A DNA stretch of 64,000 nucleotides from an uncultured cyanobacterium (lineage in GTDB: Bacteria > Cyanobacteriota > Cyanobacteriia > Pseudanabaenales > Pseudanabaenaceae): positions 1,216,001 through 1,280,000 of the forward strand of contig OY969811.1 in assembly GCA_963703315.1 (NCBI GenBank). The letters run 5' to 3'. Numbering within the stretch: position 1 is the stretch's first letter; the number at the start of each line of letters is the position of its first letter. Made by a program: the position numbers and the translations under genes. The notes under the pieces were generated by a model. The model had not been told where the DNA came from. It searched no databases and worked only from the letters and a program-made list of their open reading frames with translations. Below are positions 9,457-18,167 of the stretch, in pieces.

Positions 9457-10833
9457 TTAGGCAACTTCGACTACTTCCCTTGATTCTAGCGAAAGCCCAC
9501 CCGCACGAATTCCTTCCATTTCTTCTAATACCTGTAAGTATCTACCAGTAATAATTCTCGCGCCACGACGATGGGTGAAATAGTTCCATCCCCATTGAAT
9601 CATGACCAACAATTTATTATCAAATTCAATCAGATAATAAACATGGACAAATGTCCAAATAAACCATGCTAGCCAACCTTTCAGACGTAAGAACTTGAAG
9701 TCCACAACCGCTTCATGACGACCAATTACGGCAAGACTTCCAAAATCCCAATACCTAAATTTTGCAGGTTCCTTTTCCTGCACCTTCGCCTCAATATGAT
9801 GCGCGACATATTCACCCTGCTGCATCGCCACAGGTGCAACCCCCGGAAGTGGGCGATCGCCTTGGTGGGAATAGTTCGCTAAGTCACCAATGACATAGAC
9901 ATTGGGATAATTGGCGATCGACAGATCAGGCTGGACAATCACCCGACCAACTCGATCTAGCTCGGCATTCAGGCGATCGCCTAATACTTTACCCATCGGC
10001 GAAGCCTTTACACCTGCCGCCCAGAGAATTGTTTGCGCTTGAATCTGTTCAACTTGCTCACCACATTTAAAGGTAACGACATGATCTTCAATATTCGTCA
10101 CCATCGCACTAGTTTTGACTTCCACTCCTAACTTCAGAAGGGATTGCTTCGCTGCTTCAGAGAGATCGGCATGGTAGGGAGGCAATACGCGATCGGTTCC
10201 TTCAATCAAGATTATTCGCGCTTTCTTAGTGTTAATATTCGTAAATTCATCACTGAGGGTGCGATGGGCAAGCTCGGCTAAGGTTCCCGCAAGTTCTACG
10301 CCTGTTGGTCCTCCACCGATGACCACGAAGTTCATCAGAGCTTCTTTAAACTTGGGATCATGGGTCTTTTCGGCTGCCTCAAAGGCGCTCAGGATGCGAC
10401 GACGCATATTAATCGCATCTTCAATGGTTTTTAATCCAGGGGCTTGCTCTGACCATTGATCGTTACCAAAGTAATGGTGACTGACTCCTGTTGCCACGAT
10501 CAGCGAGTCATAGCTTATGTCTAAGTGATTTTTTAATTTAACTACCTGCGCTTGGGGATCGATATCTAGCACTTCGCCCATAACGACGCTGGTATTTTTG
10601 TTTTCGGCGAGGACTGCCCGCAATGGTGAGGCGATATCGGCGGGTGAGAGGCTGCCTGTGGCGACTTGGTAAAGTAGGGGCTGGAAGAGGTGAAAGTTAC
10701 GTTTGTCAATGAGGGTGACTTTAAGGGGAACCTTTGATTTGCCTAGCTTTTGGGCGGCATATAGTCCCCCAAAGCCACCGCCAATAATAACAACATGATG
10801 GGGTGCGCTTTCATTTTGAGTACTTAGAGACAT
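9457..10833 (-). CDS. Type II NADH dehydrogenase (NAD(P)/FAD oxidoreductase)
   Basis: IIGGGFGG, FQPLLYQVATG, VIGGGPTGVELAG, WAAGV and VIGD motifs. Confidence 0.92.
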   Translation of the reverse strand: MSLSTQNESAPHHVVIIGGGFGGLYAAQKLGKSKVPLKVTLIDKRNFHLFQPLLYQVATGSLSPADIASPLRAVLAENKNTSVVMGEVLDIDPQAQVVKLKNHLDISYDSLIVATGVSHHYFGNDQWSEQAPGLKTIEDAINMRRRILSAFEAAEKTHDPKFKEALMNFVVIGGGPTGVELAGTLAELAHRTLSDEFTNINTKKARIILIEGTDRVLPPYHADLSEAAKQSLLKLGVEVKTSAMVTNIEDHVVTFKCGEQVEQIQAQTILWAAGVKASPMGKVLGDRLNAELDRVGRVIVQPDLSIANYPNVYVIGDLANYSHQGDRPLPGVAPVAMQQGEYVAHHIEAKVQEKEPAKFRYWDFGSLAVIGRHEAVVDFKFLRLKGWLAWFIWTFVHVYYLIEFDNKLLVMIQWGWNYFTHRRGARIITGRYLQVLEEMEGIRAGGLSLESREVVEVA

Positions 10834-11046
10834 GGCAAGTTTTTAAGTTGGGTGTGATGTTTTTGCTGGTGGCATCTTTAAAAAATTATTATATATGTAA
10901 ATAAAAATATCTTTTTGTATCTTTTTATTTTGGATGGATATTATTGAAAAAACATACCTAAATACACCGATTTAGTTGATTAAACCGAAACTTTCAATTT
11001 AACTATCCTAAAAATGCATCTTACATCGCTTTGCTCTCAAACCAAA

Positions 11047-11097
11047 AACAATAAATTTTAAAAAGCGTTGCAAAGCAACGCTTTTTAAAATTTATTG
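11047..11097. repeat. Long palindrome with AAAAGCGTTGC-AAA-GCAACGCTTTT core
   Basis: Same core recurs at ~48981-49036; a variant lies at ~34543-34577. Confidence 0.8.
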
Positions 11098-11379
11098 TGG
11101 TTCTTTTGATCGAAAACTTATGATGCTATTCTTGATGTGGAGGCTGTCTGTTTTGGCTAAATTTAGCCGTTTAGCTGACTAAATTTGTTGGTGAGCTTGT
11201 TGATTTCTAGTTGTACGTTGATGCTGTCAGAGAAGATTCATCCGAATACCAGATTCAAGGAGAAAAGTGTCTATATGTTTGGTGCTAAGAGTGAGAAACT
11301 GTCAAAGCAAAATGTGATATTTCTTAGTTCGCATCTTGAAATTAAAAATGTTGCGCGTGACACGAGTGAGAGAAAATTT

Positions 11380-11730
11380 ATGACTATTGGTAAGGCTTCT
11401 TTAAAGTTTGCTGCATCTACAGCTATTTTCTCAATGATTAATGGATTTAATGTTCAACTAGCCCATGCCGACCATCTCAACTTCACACTTTATAACGAGT
11501 CCAGCAAAACAATCCGTAACCTCTATGTTGCAGCCGCTCGATCCGACAGGTGGGGACGAGATATTCTTGGTTCTAACGTTTTGGAAAGTGGAGACTATAC
11601 ACGCATCACTTTCCCAAATCAGACTGCTGAAAGCCCCTGTATCTATGATGTAAAGATCATTTTTACAGATAGAACAACAAGTACAGGTCGTCATAATCTC
11701 TGTAAGTTCGACTCGGTCACTGTTCGTTAA
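11380..11730 (+). CDS. Small secreted hypothetical protein
   Basis: Signal-peptide-like N-terminus ending AHA; NFTLYN...WGRDILG; two Cys. ATG 11380 preferred. Confidence 0.7.
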   Translation: MTIGKASLKFAASTAIFSMINGFNVQLAHADHLNFTLYNESSKTIRNLYVAAARSDRWGRDILGSNVLESGDYTRITFPNQTAESPCIYDVKIIFTDRTTSTGRHNLCKFDSVTVR

Positions 11731-11929
11731 CTAATGTAGTGCGATCGCTGATCCTGTAAGGTGCGTTAATGATATTTAACGCACCTTATTTAATTTTAAT
11801 TATGCGATAGCGGAGCGTGACACACCCTGATGAAATCTGATCTTGTTTGATTTTGGACATTATGCGATCGCTACGGTAAAGCCCCAAAAACCATGTCAGA
11901 ATAGTAACAACGTAAAGTACCAAAAAACT

Positions 11930-12667
11930 ATGGTTACTGTACCTTCTCAATACCGTTTGCCAACGGCGGAAGACCTACCCGATTCCGATGAAACGCCTGT
12001 GGATAATGAACTCCAAAATGACATTCCCAATCTTCTATTGAACCTATTGCGAGAGATTTGGAGCGATCGCTCTGATTGGTTTTGGGGTGTGGATATGGGA
12101 GTGTATTACGAGCCAAATATTGAGGAGCCAGCCAAGTCTAAGGTGATCGTTCCCGATGGGTTTCTTGCTTTGGGTGTACCGAAACAAACTGGTGAAGGTG
12201 GACGCTTGAGCTATGTGGTTTGGCAGGAAAAAGTAATGCCAATTCTGGCTTTAGAAGTTGTTTCTAAAAAATATAATGGTGAATACGACACAAAGTTAGC
12301 CAAGTATGCAGAGATAGGAATTCTCTATTATGTGGTGTACAATTCCACGTCTGGTCGCCGATTGTATAAGGATCATCAATCTCTAGAAGTATACAAGTTA
12401 GTCGATGGAAAATATCAACTTTTGCCTACGGTGGTGCTTTTAGCGGAAGGTGGAAGGATGGTATGGATTCCTGAGATTAGTTTGGGAATTGGTTGTGAGC
12501 AGGGTATTTATGATGGTTGGCAACGCGAATGGGTTTATTGGTACGATCGCTCTGGTAAGAGATATCTCACTACTCAAGAACGTGCGAACCTAGAGCGTCA
12601 GGCGAGACTTGAGGCTGATGCGTTATTACAAAAGTATCGTGATCGCTTCGGTGATATCTCTGAATAA
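11930..12667 (+). CDS. Uma2 family (PD-(D/E)xK) putative endonuclease
   Basis: LPDSDETPVDNELQ, IVPDGFL, LALEVVS and K..KYAEIGILYYVVY motifs. Confidence 0.88.
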   Translation: MVTVPSQYRLPTAEDLPDSDETPVDNELQNDIPNLLLNLLREIWSDRSDWFWGVDMGVYYEPNIEEPAKSKVIVPDGFLALGVPKQTGEGGRLSYVVWQEKVMPILALEVVSKKYNGEYDTKLAKYAEIGILYYVVYNSTSGRRLYKDHQSLEVYKLVDGKYQLLPTVVLLAEGGRMVWIPEISLGIGCEQGIYDGWQREWVYWYDRSGKRYLTTQERANLERQARLEADALLQKYRDRFGDISE

Positions 12668-12832
12668 TTAAAAAGGCGATCGCCTTTAGGCGTTGCACAT
12701 ATTGATAATGATCAAATGTCAATGGATATTTCTAGGTAAGAAGCAAAAACACAATACCTACGCATCTAGAGTAATCGCTATACTGGGGAATGATATATTT
12801 GACCAGCAGCGCTTTAGCATCAATGTGTTTCT

Positions 12833-14761
12833 ATGGGCTATGAGCCACTACATCATAAATATCGTCCGCAAATTTTTGCTGATCTAGTTGGGCAAGAGGC
12901 GATCGCCCATACGCTATCTAACGCGCTCAACACTAAGCGGATCGCACCCGCATACTTATTTACTGGTGCTAGGGGGACGGGCAAAACATCAAGTGCGCGG
13001 ATCATGGCAAAGTCACTGAATTGCCTAAGCTCAGATAGTCCAACTCCTCACCCCTGCGGCAAATGTGAGCTATGCCATAGCATTGCCAATGGTAATGCCC
13101 TCGATATTACCGAAATCGATGCGGCAAGTAATACAGGTGTGGATAACATTCGAGAACTCATCGAACGCGCCCAATTTGCACCTGTAAAAGCTCGTTTTAA
13201 GGTTTATATTATTGACGAATGTCATATGTTAAGTACAGCAGCATTTAATGCCTTGCTAAAAACCCTTGAAGAGCCGCCCGATCGCGTAACTTTTATTCTC
13301 GCAACCACTGACCCACAGCGCGTATTACCGACAATTATTTCACGGTGTCAGCGATTTGACTTTCGGCGCATTCCGCTTGACTCAATGGTGAAGCATTTAG
13401 GAAAGATTGCTGCTAATGAGAATATTAATATTCATCTAGAAGCACTCACCTTAGTCGCTCAAATCGCGCAGGGTGGACTACGGGATGCTGAATCTCTGCT
13501 TGACCAGCTAAGTCTATTAGATGGAGAGATTACGGTTGAGGCAGTGTGGGATTTGGTGGGTTCGGTTCCAGAACAGGACTTGTTATCGCTAATTGAGGCG
13601 ATCGCCGCAGACCATTCTACACAACTAATAGATTATGTGCGGCGGATTATGGATCGGGGGCGCGAACCTTTAATCGTGTTGCAGAACTTGGCGAATGTCT
13701 ATCGTGATTTGTTGATTGCTAAAACCGCAAGCGATCGCAGTGATTTGGTTGCAATGACTAGTTCTGGTTGGGAGCGATTGATCCAACTATCTCAGACTTT
13801 ACCAGTTCCGAATATTTTGTTGGGTCAGCAGCATTTGCGAGCAGCCGAGTTACAAATTCGTAATTCCACGCAGCCGCGTTTATGGTTAGAAGTTACCTTG
13901 ATGGGGTTATTACCTTCAGCACAAGGGGCGATCGCGCAATCACAATCTCCTCATCCATCACCAAATCAACCATTCATTCCGCCTCGCAATGTTCCTGCAA
14001 ATACTCCACCAACTCCCCAAATTACCCCCCAAGCTCTTGGCAATAATCCTATTGCGCCAATTCCATCACCACCCAAGATAGAATCTCCACCAGTTTCTCC
14101 AACACCAGTAACGCCAATTCCAAATAACGCTCTCCCAAATCATTCAGTTCCAGAAACACCAATTTATTCTGGAAGTGATGATTTAGAGAATATAGCTGCC
14201 GTTGGTTATGACTTCGATCAGTTGTGGCAAAATGTTCTCTCAATGTTGCCCACACCCACAAAGTCCGTATTTATACAGATCCAAGCGCATATTCTGACGA
14301 TGGATTATAGTAGCATCAAGATTGGGTTGGCGGGAAAACGAGATGAAACCACTAAAAATATTGTGGTGCAGAAGCGCCCCGAACTAGAGCAAGTATTTGC
14401 GAATCTATTGCAGCGCCCTATGAAGGTAATGTTTACCTTTGTATCACCACCGCAAGCTGAGCCAGTACAAGTTACGTCTCCTCTGCCTATTAGTCCTGCG
14501 ATCTCTCCTCCACCGATTACGCCTCCCACGGCGATCGCTAGCCCTCCATTTCCTAATCCTCAACCTGTCACATCTCCTCCCAATTCATCAACGAATTCAC
14601 CATCAACAAATTCACCATCGGCAAACGTTTCACCTGCACCAGTAAAACCAACCCAGCCTAAAGGTTATGTGGGTATGTCAGAAGAGGATATGGTGATCAG
14701 AAATATGGCAGAATTTTTTAATGGACAAGTTGTTGATCTTGATGACACTTCCGAAAGTTAG
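12833..14761 (+). CDS. dnaX: DNA polymerase III subunit gamma/tau
   Basis: KYRPQ, GARGTGKTS, CGKCELC, EIDAAS, IDECHML and SRCQ motifs; Pro-rich C-terminus. Confidence 0.96.
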   Translation: MGYEPLHHKYRPQIFADLVGQEAIAHTLSNALNTKRIAPAYLFTGARGTGKTSSARIMAKSLNCLSSDSPTPHPCGKCELCHSIANGNALDITEIDAASNTGVDNIRELIERAQFAPVKARFKVYIIDECHMLSTAAFNALLKTLEEPPDRVTFILATTDPQRVLPTIISRCQRFDFRRIPLDSMVKHLGKIAANENINIHLEALTLVAQIAQGGLRDAESLLDQLSLLDGEITVEAVWDLVGSVPEQDLLSLIEAIAADHSTQLIDYVRRIMDRGREPLIVLQNLANVYRDLLIAKTASDRSDLVAMTSSGWERLIQLSQTLPVPNILLGQQHLRAAELQIRNSTQPRLWLEVTLMGLLPSAQGAIAQSQSPHPSPNQPFIPPRNVPANTPPTPQITPQALGNNPIAPIPSPPKIESPPVSPTPVTPIPNNALPNHSVPETPIYSGSDDLENIAAVGYDFDQLWQNVLSMLPTPTKSVFIQIQAHILTMDYSSIKIGLAGKRDETTKNIVVQKRPELEQVFANLLQRPMKVMFTFVSPPQAEPVQVTSPLPISPAISPPPITPPTAIASPPFPNPQPVTSPPNSSTNSPSTNSPSANVSPAPVKPTQPKGYVGMSEEDMVIRNMAEFFNGQVVDLDDTSES

Positions 14762-14763
14762 AT

Positions 14764-16062
14764 TTAGGTGATCTTGTTGATTTTTGTCGAACCGCTAAAT
14801 CTCTCTTCATGATATTGCTGCTTTGGAAAGCCGATTCCTTCTAACAAAGACTTTGTACTTTGCATAAAGCCTTCAGAACCATAGACAAACACCGTGCGAT
14901 CGCTCCAATCAGGAGCAATCATTTCCAACATTGCGGGTGTTAATCTACCGCGTAGTCCCATCCATACTTGATTTGGTGTGGGACGAGTGACGGTTATAGA
15001 TAGTTGAAACTTAGGCGATCGCGCTGCCATCATTTCTAGTTCTTGGCGATAGATAATATCTTCTGGACTGCGTACACAATGAAAAAATACGACATCACAA
15101 TCTGAATGCGTATCATAGAGCCAGCGTGACATCGACATCATCGGCATGATGCCACTGCCAGACGAGAGAAACAATAATTTCTGCGAAGGATATTCAAAAC
15201 AAGTAAACTTACCAAATATTCCACTAGCTTGAATCTGACTGCCAATATTGAGATTGTAATATAACCAATTAGACACTAAACCCGCAGGCATAGTTGAGTC
15301 TTCAGGCTGACTAGAAAGAACCCGCTTGACCGTAATTTCTAGAGAGTGTGGTCGGGAAGGAGAAGATGCAATCGAATAAGAGTACAGTACTTCTATGCCA
15401 TCAATTTCTAGTTCTAATGTAATAAACTGTCCTGCTTTATAAATAAATAGATGGGGAGGATTAGTAACAAAACAAAGGGTCTTAATATCGGCGTTTTCTT
15501 CAATGATTTGGACACATTGTAAAGTGAGTTTGCCGATGCTCCAGTGAGGAATCTGGCTAATATCAAGGCTCGCAAGTGGCATATATTGGCTAGGTTCTGC
15601 TTGTATTTCTACATTTGCTGCACGGCGATCGCCAGATGTTTGTACTGTTTTTGCAGAACTATTGATGGACATATTTAACTGCAAAACTGATGGTTCGGTA
15701 GGAAATTCTGCCCCTTCCAAAGATTTTGCTAACTCTGACTCAAAGACAATTTCCTCGATCAAGATCGTAAAATCACCTAGTTGAATAATATCGTTCACGG
15801 AGATCTGACAATCTAGAAATGCTTTACGCTCAATGTTATTAATTTGTGAACCGTTAGTGCTACCTAAATCAATAAAGTGATATTGATTTCCTTCAAAGGA
15901 AATCTTTCCATGTTCTCGACTGACAGTGGCATTATCTAGAATGACATCGCAGTGGGGCGCTCGACCAATCAAGAAATCGTTCTTTTTACTAGTTTCTGTA
16001 GATAGCTGAATAGGCTTTAGTTCTAGAGGAATCTTTGTATTGAAAATCCTAAGTTTTAGCAT
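14764..16062 (-). CDS. FHA domain fused to a ferredoxin-reductase-type FAD/NAD(P)-binding domain
   Basis: FHA: IGRAPHCD...VSREH...DLGSTNG. Reductase: GQFITL, YSIASSP, GLVSNWL, GSGIMP, HEERF. Confidence 0.82.
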   Translation of the reverse strand: MLKLRIFNTKIPLELKPIQLSTETSKKNDFLIGRAPHCDVILDNATVSREHGKISFEGNQYHFIDLGSTNGSQINNIERKAFLDCQISVNDIIQLGDFTILIEEIVFESELAKSLEGAEFPTEPSVLQLNMSINSSAKTVQTSGDRRAANVEIQAEPSQYMPLASLDISQIPHWSIGKLTLQCVQIIEENADIKTLCFVTNPPHLFIYKAGQFITLELEIDGIEVLYSYSIASSPSRPHSLEITVKRVLSSQPEDSTMPAGLVSNWLYYNLNIGSQIQASGIFGKFTCFEYPSQKLLFLSSGSGIMPMMSMSRWLYDTHSDCDVVFFHCVRSPEDIIYRQELEMMAARSPKFQLSITVTRPTPNQVWMGLRGRLTPAMLEMIAPDWSDRTVFVYGSEGFMQSTKSLLEGIGFPKQQYHEERFSGSTKINKIT

Positions 16063-16106
16063 GAATTTACTTAAATAATAAAATGACGATTATCTCAATT
16101 TCTTGA

Positions 16107-16200
16107 TGTAGCACTTTTTAAGCAAGCAAGTTACAGAGGATTATTTCTCCGCCAAAGACGGGGAAATAATCCTTTTCTCCACTAGATTGTAAAACACTAT
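16107..16200. mobile_element. MITE-like element with T(A/G)TAG...CTATA ends and an internal hairpin
   Basis: Internal GGATTATTTCTCCG-CCAAAGA-CGGGGAAATAATCC; a related, internally deleted copy lies at 17473-17527 in the opposite orientation. Confidence 0.55.
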
Positions 16201-16271
16201 AATCTGACAACGTAAATTTGTAGTCAGACTCTCGCAATTATGAATCTGTGAAGTTCGCCCAAAGTTTTATA

Positions 16272-16374
16272 TAAGTAGCTGAACATAATTAAAATCAGAG
16301 CTAAAACCTGTGGCGCACGAGCAGCGTACGCTACAGGTTTTTGGGTTTTAAATTTAATTGCGCTCAGCTACTTA
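16272..16374. mobile_element. MITE-like element, TAAGTAGCT...AGCTACTTA family
   Basis: Terminal inverted repeats and central hairpin; reverse-complement near-copy at 39203-39290. Confidence 0.7.
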
Positions 16375-16419
16375 ACCAAATTCCGTAATCTAGACTATAA
16401 ATTGATTAATTTCATCCCA

Positions 16420-16534
16420 TATAGCAAAAAAAGAGTTAGCTAGTACAAACCAAAATCCAAGAAGCGAGTTGCGGCGCGAAGCGCCGCAACTCATCTTTTG
16501 GTTTCATGTCCTAAGCAAAACTTACTTTGCTATA
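16420..16534. mobile_element. MITE-like element, TATAGCAAA...TTTGCTATA family
   Basis: Terminal inverted repeats; core GAGTTGCGGCGC-GAA-GCGCCGCAACTC; reverse-complement relative at 34393-34505. Confidence 0.7.
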
Positions 16535-16767
16535 TATTGCCAGCCAAGAATTTATTCAAACAATATTTATTTCATTCTCATAGAAAACAAGTAGATATAC
16601 TTATCGTTAAGTGTCCTTAGTCCAGATAATTCTCAAAAAAATAACTAAAAATAATTTTCAGTGTAGAACATATCGTATGTAATTTTGTTCCCATTAGGAC
16701 AAAATTAACCTCAAGATAGAGTTGCGATGCTATGACTCTATCTTGAGTCCTAGTAATTAAGTCTAGA

Positions 16768-16818
16768 TCACAACTTAAAATATGTGGCGCACCGTGCGCC
16801 ACATATTTTAAGTTGTGA
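16768..16818. repeat. Long GC-apex palindrome
   Basis: TCACAACTTAAAATATGTGGCGCAC-C-GTGCGCCACATATTTTAAGTTGTGA. Confidence 0.75.
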
Positions 16819-16853
16819 CAAGTTACTTAGCTATAAATTCATATTGCTATAAA

Positions 16854-17336
16854 TTACTTTAACCACTCTTCGAGACTGGTAGTTAATTTGCCTGTAATTT
16901 GAGCAGTAAGTTGATCGCGCTTTTGTTTACGCAACCATTTGTGAAATTGCTTTTCGTATTCATCACTTTCTGTTTGATAAGTTACCCATGCATCTAGGGC
17001 TACGCCTAATCCCCAAAACAGTAGTGGATAAACTGCCCAGCCAATTTTGCCAGAAGTCACTAGATTTAGAGCTACCAAAAAAGAATTAACGATCGCATAT
17101 TTCAATACATTTGATTGGAAAGATTTCTTTTTATATTTATCAAACTCTAATAGCTCCTTACGCACAGCCTGCGTCGATTGCCATTCTTGGACTGCGGTTA
17201 AGAAATCTGCTTCACTGACACCCATATCAGAAGCAATTTCATATACTTGCTGCTTAGTGAGATTTTGACCATTGGTTCTCTTTGCTAGGGCATAGCGGAG
17301 AATCTGATCAACTTGTTCTTCGGAATAAGTATCCAT
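16854..17336 (-). CDS. 2TM domain-containing protein
   Basis: YSEEQVDQIL N-terminus; two hydrophobic helices ending W..YPLLFWGLG. Confidence 0.75.
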   Translation of the reverse strand: MDTYSEEQVDQILRYALAKRTNGQNLTKQQVYEIASDMGVSEADFLTAVQEWQSTQAVRKELLEFDKYKKKSFQSNVLKYAIVNSFLVALNLVTSGKIGWAVYPLLFWGLGVALDAWVTYQTESDEYEKQFHKWLRKQKRDQLTAQITGKLTTSLEEWLK

Positions 17337-17367
17337 TTGTGTTTTGATACTAGGTTGCTTATATTGA

Positions 17368-17471
17368 TAAGTAGCTCAGCATAGTTAAAACCCAAAATCA
17401 GAGCTTGTGCCGCCCGTTACGCGGGCGGCACAAGCTTCTAGGTTTTAAGTTTACTTATGCCTAGATACTTA
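17368..17471. mobile_element. MITE-like element, TAAGTAG family, with GTGCCGCCCG-TTACG-CGGGCGGCAC hairpin
   Basis: TAAGTAGCT...ATACTTA ends; related to 63536-63640. Confidence 0.68.
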
Positions 17472-17522
17472 CTATAGCGCTTCACCGTCTAGTGAAGTAC
17501 GGGATTGTTTGCTGGAAAAGCT

Positions 17523-18062
17523 CTATAGTGCAGCAATGAAGCGATCGCAGCAATCGCGTAACCAATAGGTATAAGATTCTGGATATTCGCGAATATCCGC
17601 TTGTAAATCTTGTAAATCAATCCATTTCCAGTCTTCTGCTTCTTCAGCATTGAGAACTGGTGCGCGATCGCTATAGCCTACAAACACATGATCAAATTCA
17701 TACTCAGTCAAGTCATTATCTAACTCTGCCTGATAGATAAAACTAAACAATTCCCGCAATTCACAATCAAAGCCCATTTCTTCTTGTAAGCGGCGATGGG
17801 CGGCGAGTAAAGTTGGCTCTTCATGGCGAGGATGACTACAGCAAGTATTTGTCCATAGTCCTCCTGAATGATATTTATGCTTAGCGCGTTTTTGTAATAG
17901 AAGTTGTCCCTGTGAGTTCAGCACAAAGATGGAAAAGGCACGATGCAATAGTCCGTCGCGATGAGCTTGCAACTTTTCGGCGATCCCAATTTGGCGATCG
18001 CTTATATCTACTAAAATGACTTTCTCTTCTAACTGGTTAATTAGTTGTGTTGTAGCAACCAT
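17523..18062 (-). CDS. idi: Type 1 isopentenyl-diphosphate delta-isomerase (Nudix fold)
   Basis: LLHRAFS, LLLQKRA..K, WTNTCCSHP, RRLQEEMG and EYEFDHVF motifs. Confidence 0.95.
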   Translation of the reverse strand: MVATTQLINQLEEKVILVDISDRQIGIAEKLQAHRDGLLHRAFSIFVLNSQGQLLLQKRAKHKYHSGGLWTNTCCSHPRHEEPTLLAAHRRLQEEMGFDCELRELFSFIYQAELDNDLTEYEFDHVFVGYSDRAPVLNAEEAEDWKWIDLQDLQADIREYPESYTYWLRDCCDRFIAAL

Positions 18063-18101
18063 AAATATTTACGATCAAAACTTACGATCAAATTAGCACC
18101 T

Positions 18102-18134
18102 ATAGGCGTGCGCGGCGAAGCCGCGCACGCCTAA
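18102..18134. repeat. GC-apex palindrome
   Basis: TAGGCGTGCGCGGC-GAA-GCCGCGCACGCCTA. Confidence 0.75.
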
Positions 18135-18167
18135 TTATTTACTGGAAATGGAGTATACCTTAAATCA

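Noticed and set aside
13205..13235. Intein in dnaX
   Set aside because: The IDECHML site is uninterrupted; the extra length is Pro-rich linker.
16107..17527. CRISPR array
   Set aside because: Repeats are dispersed palindromes of different families, not identical direct repeats with regular spacers; no cas genes.
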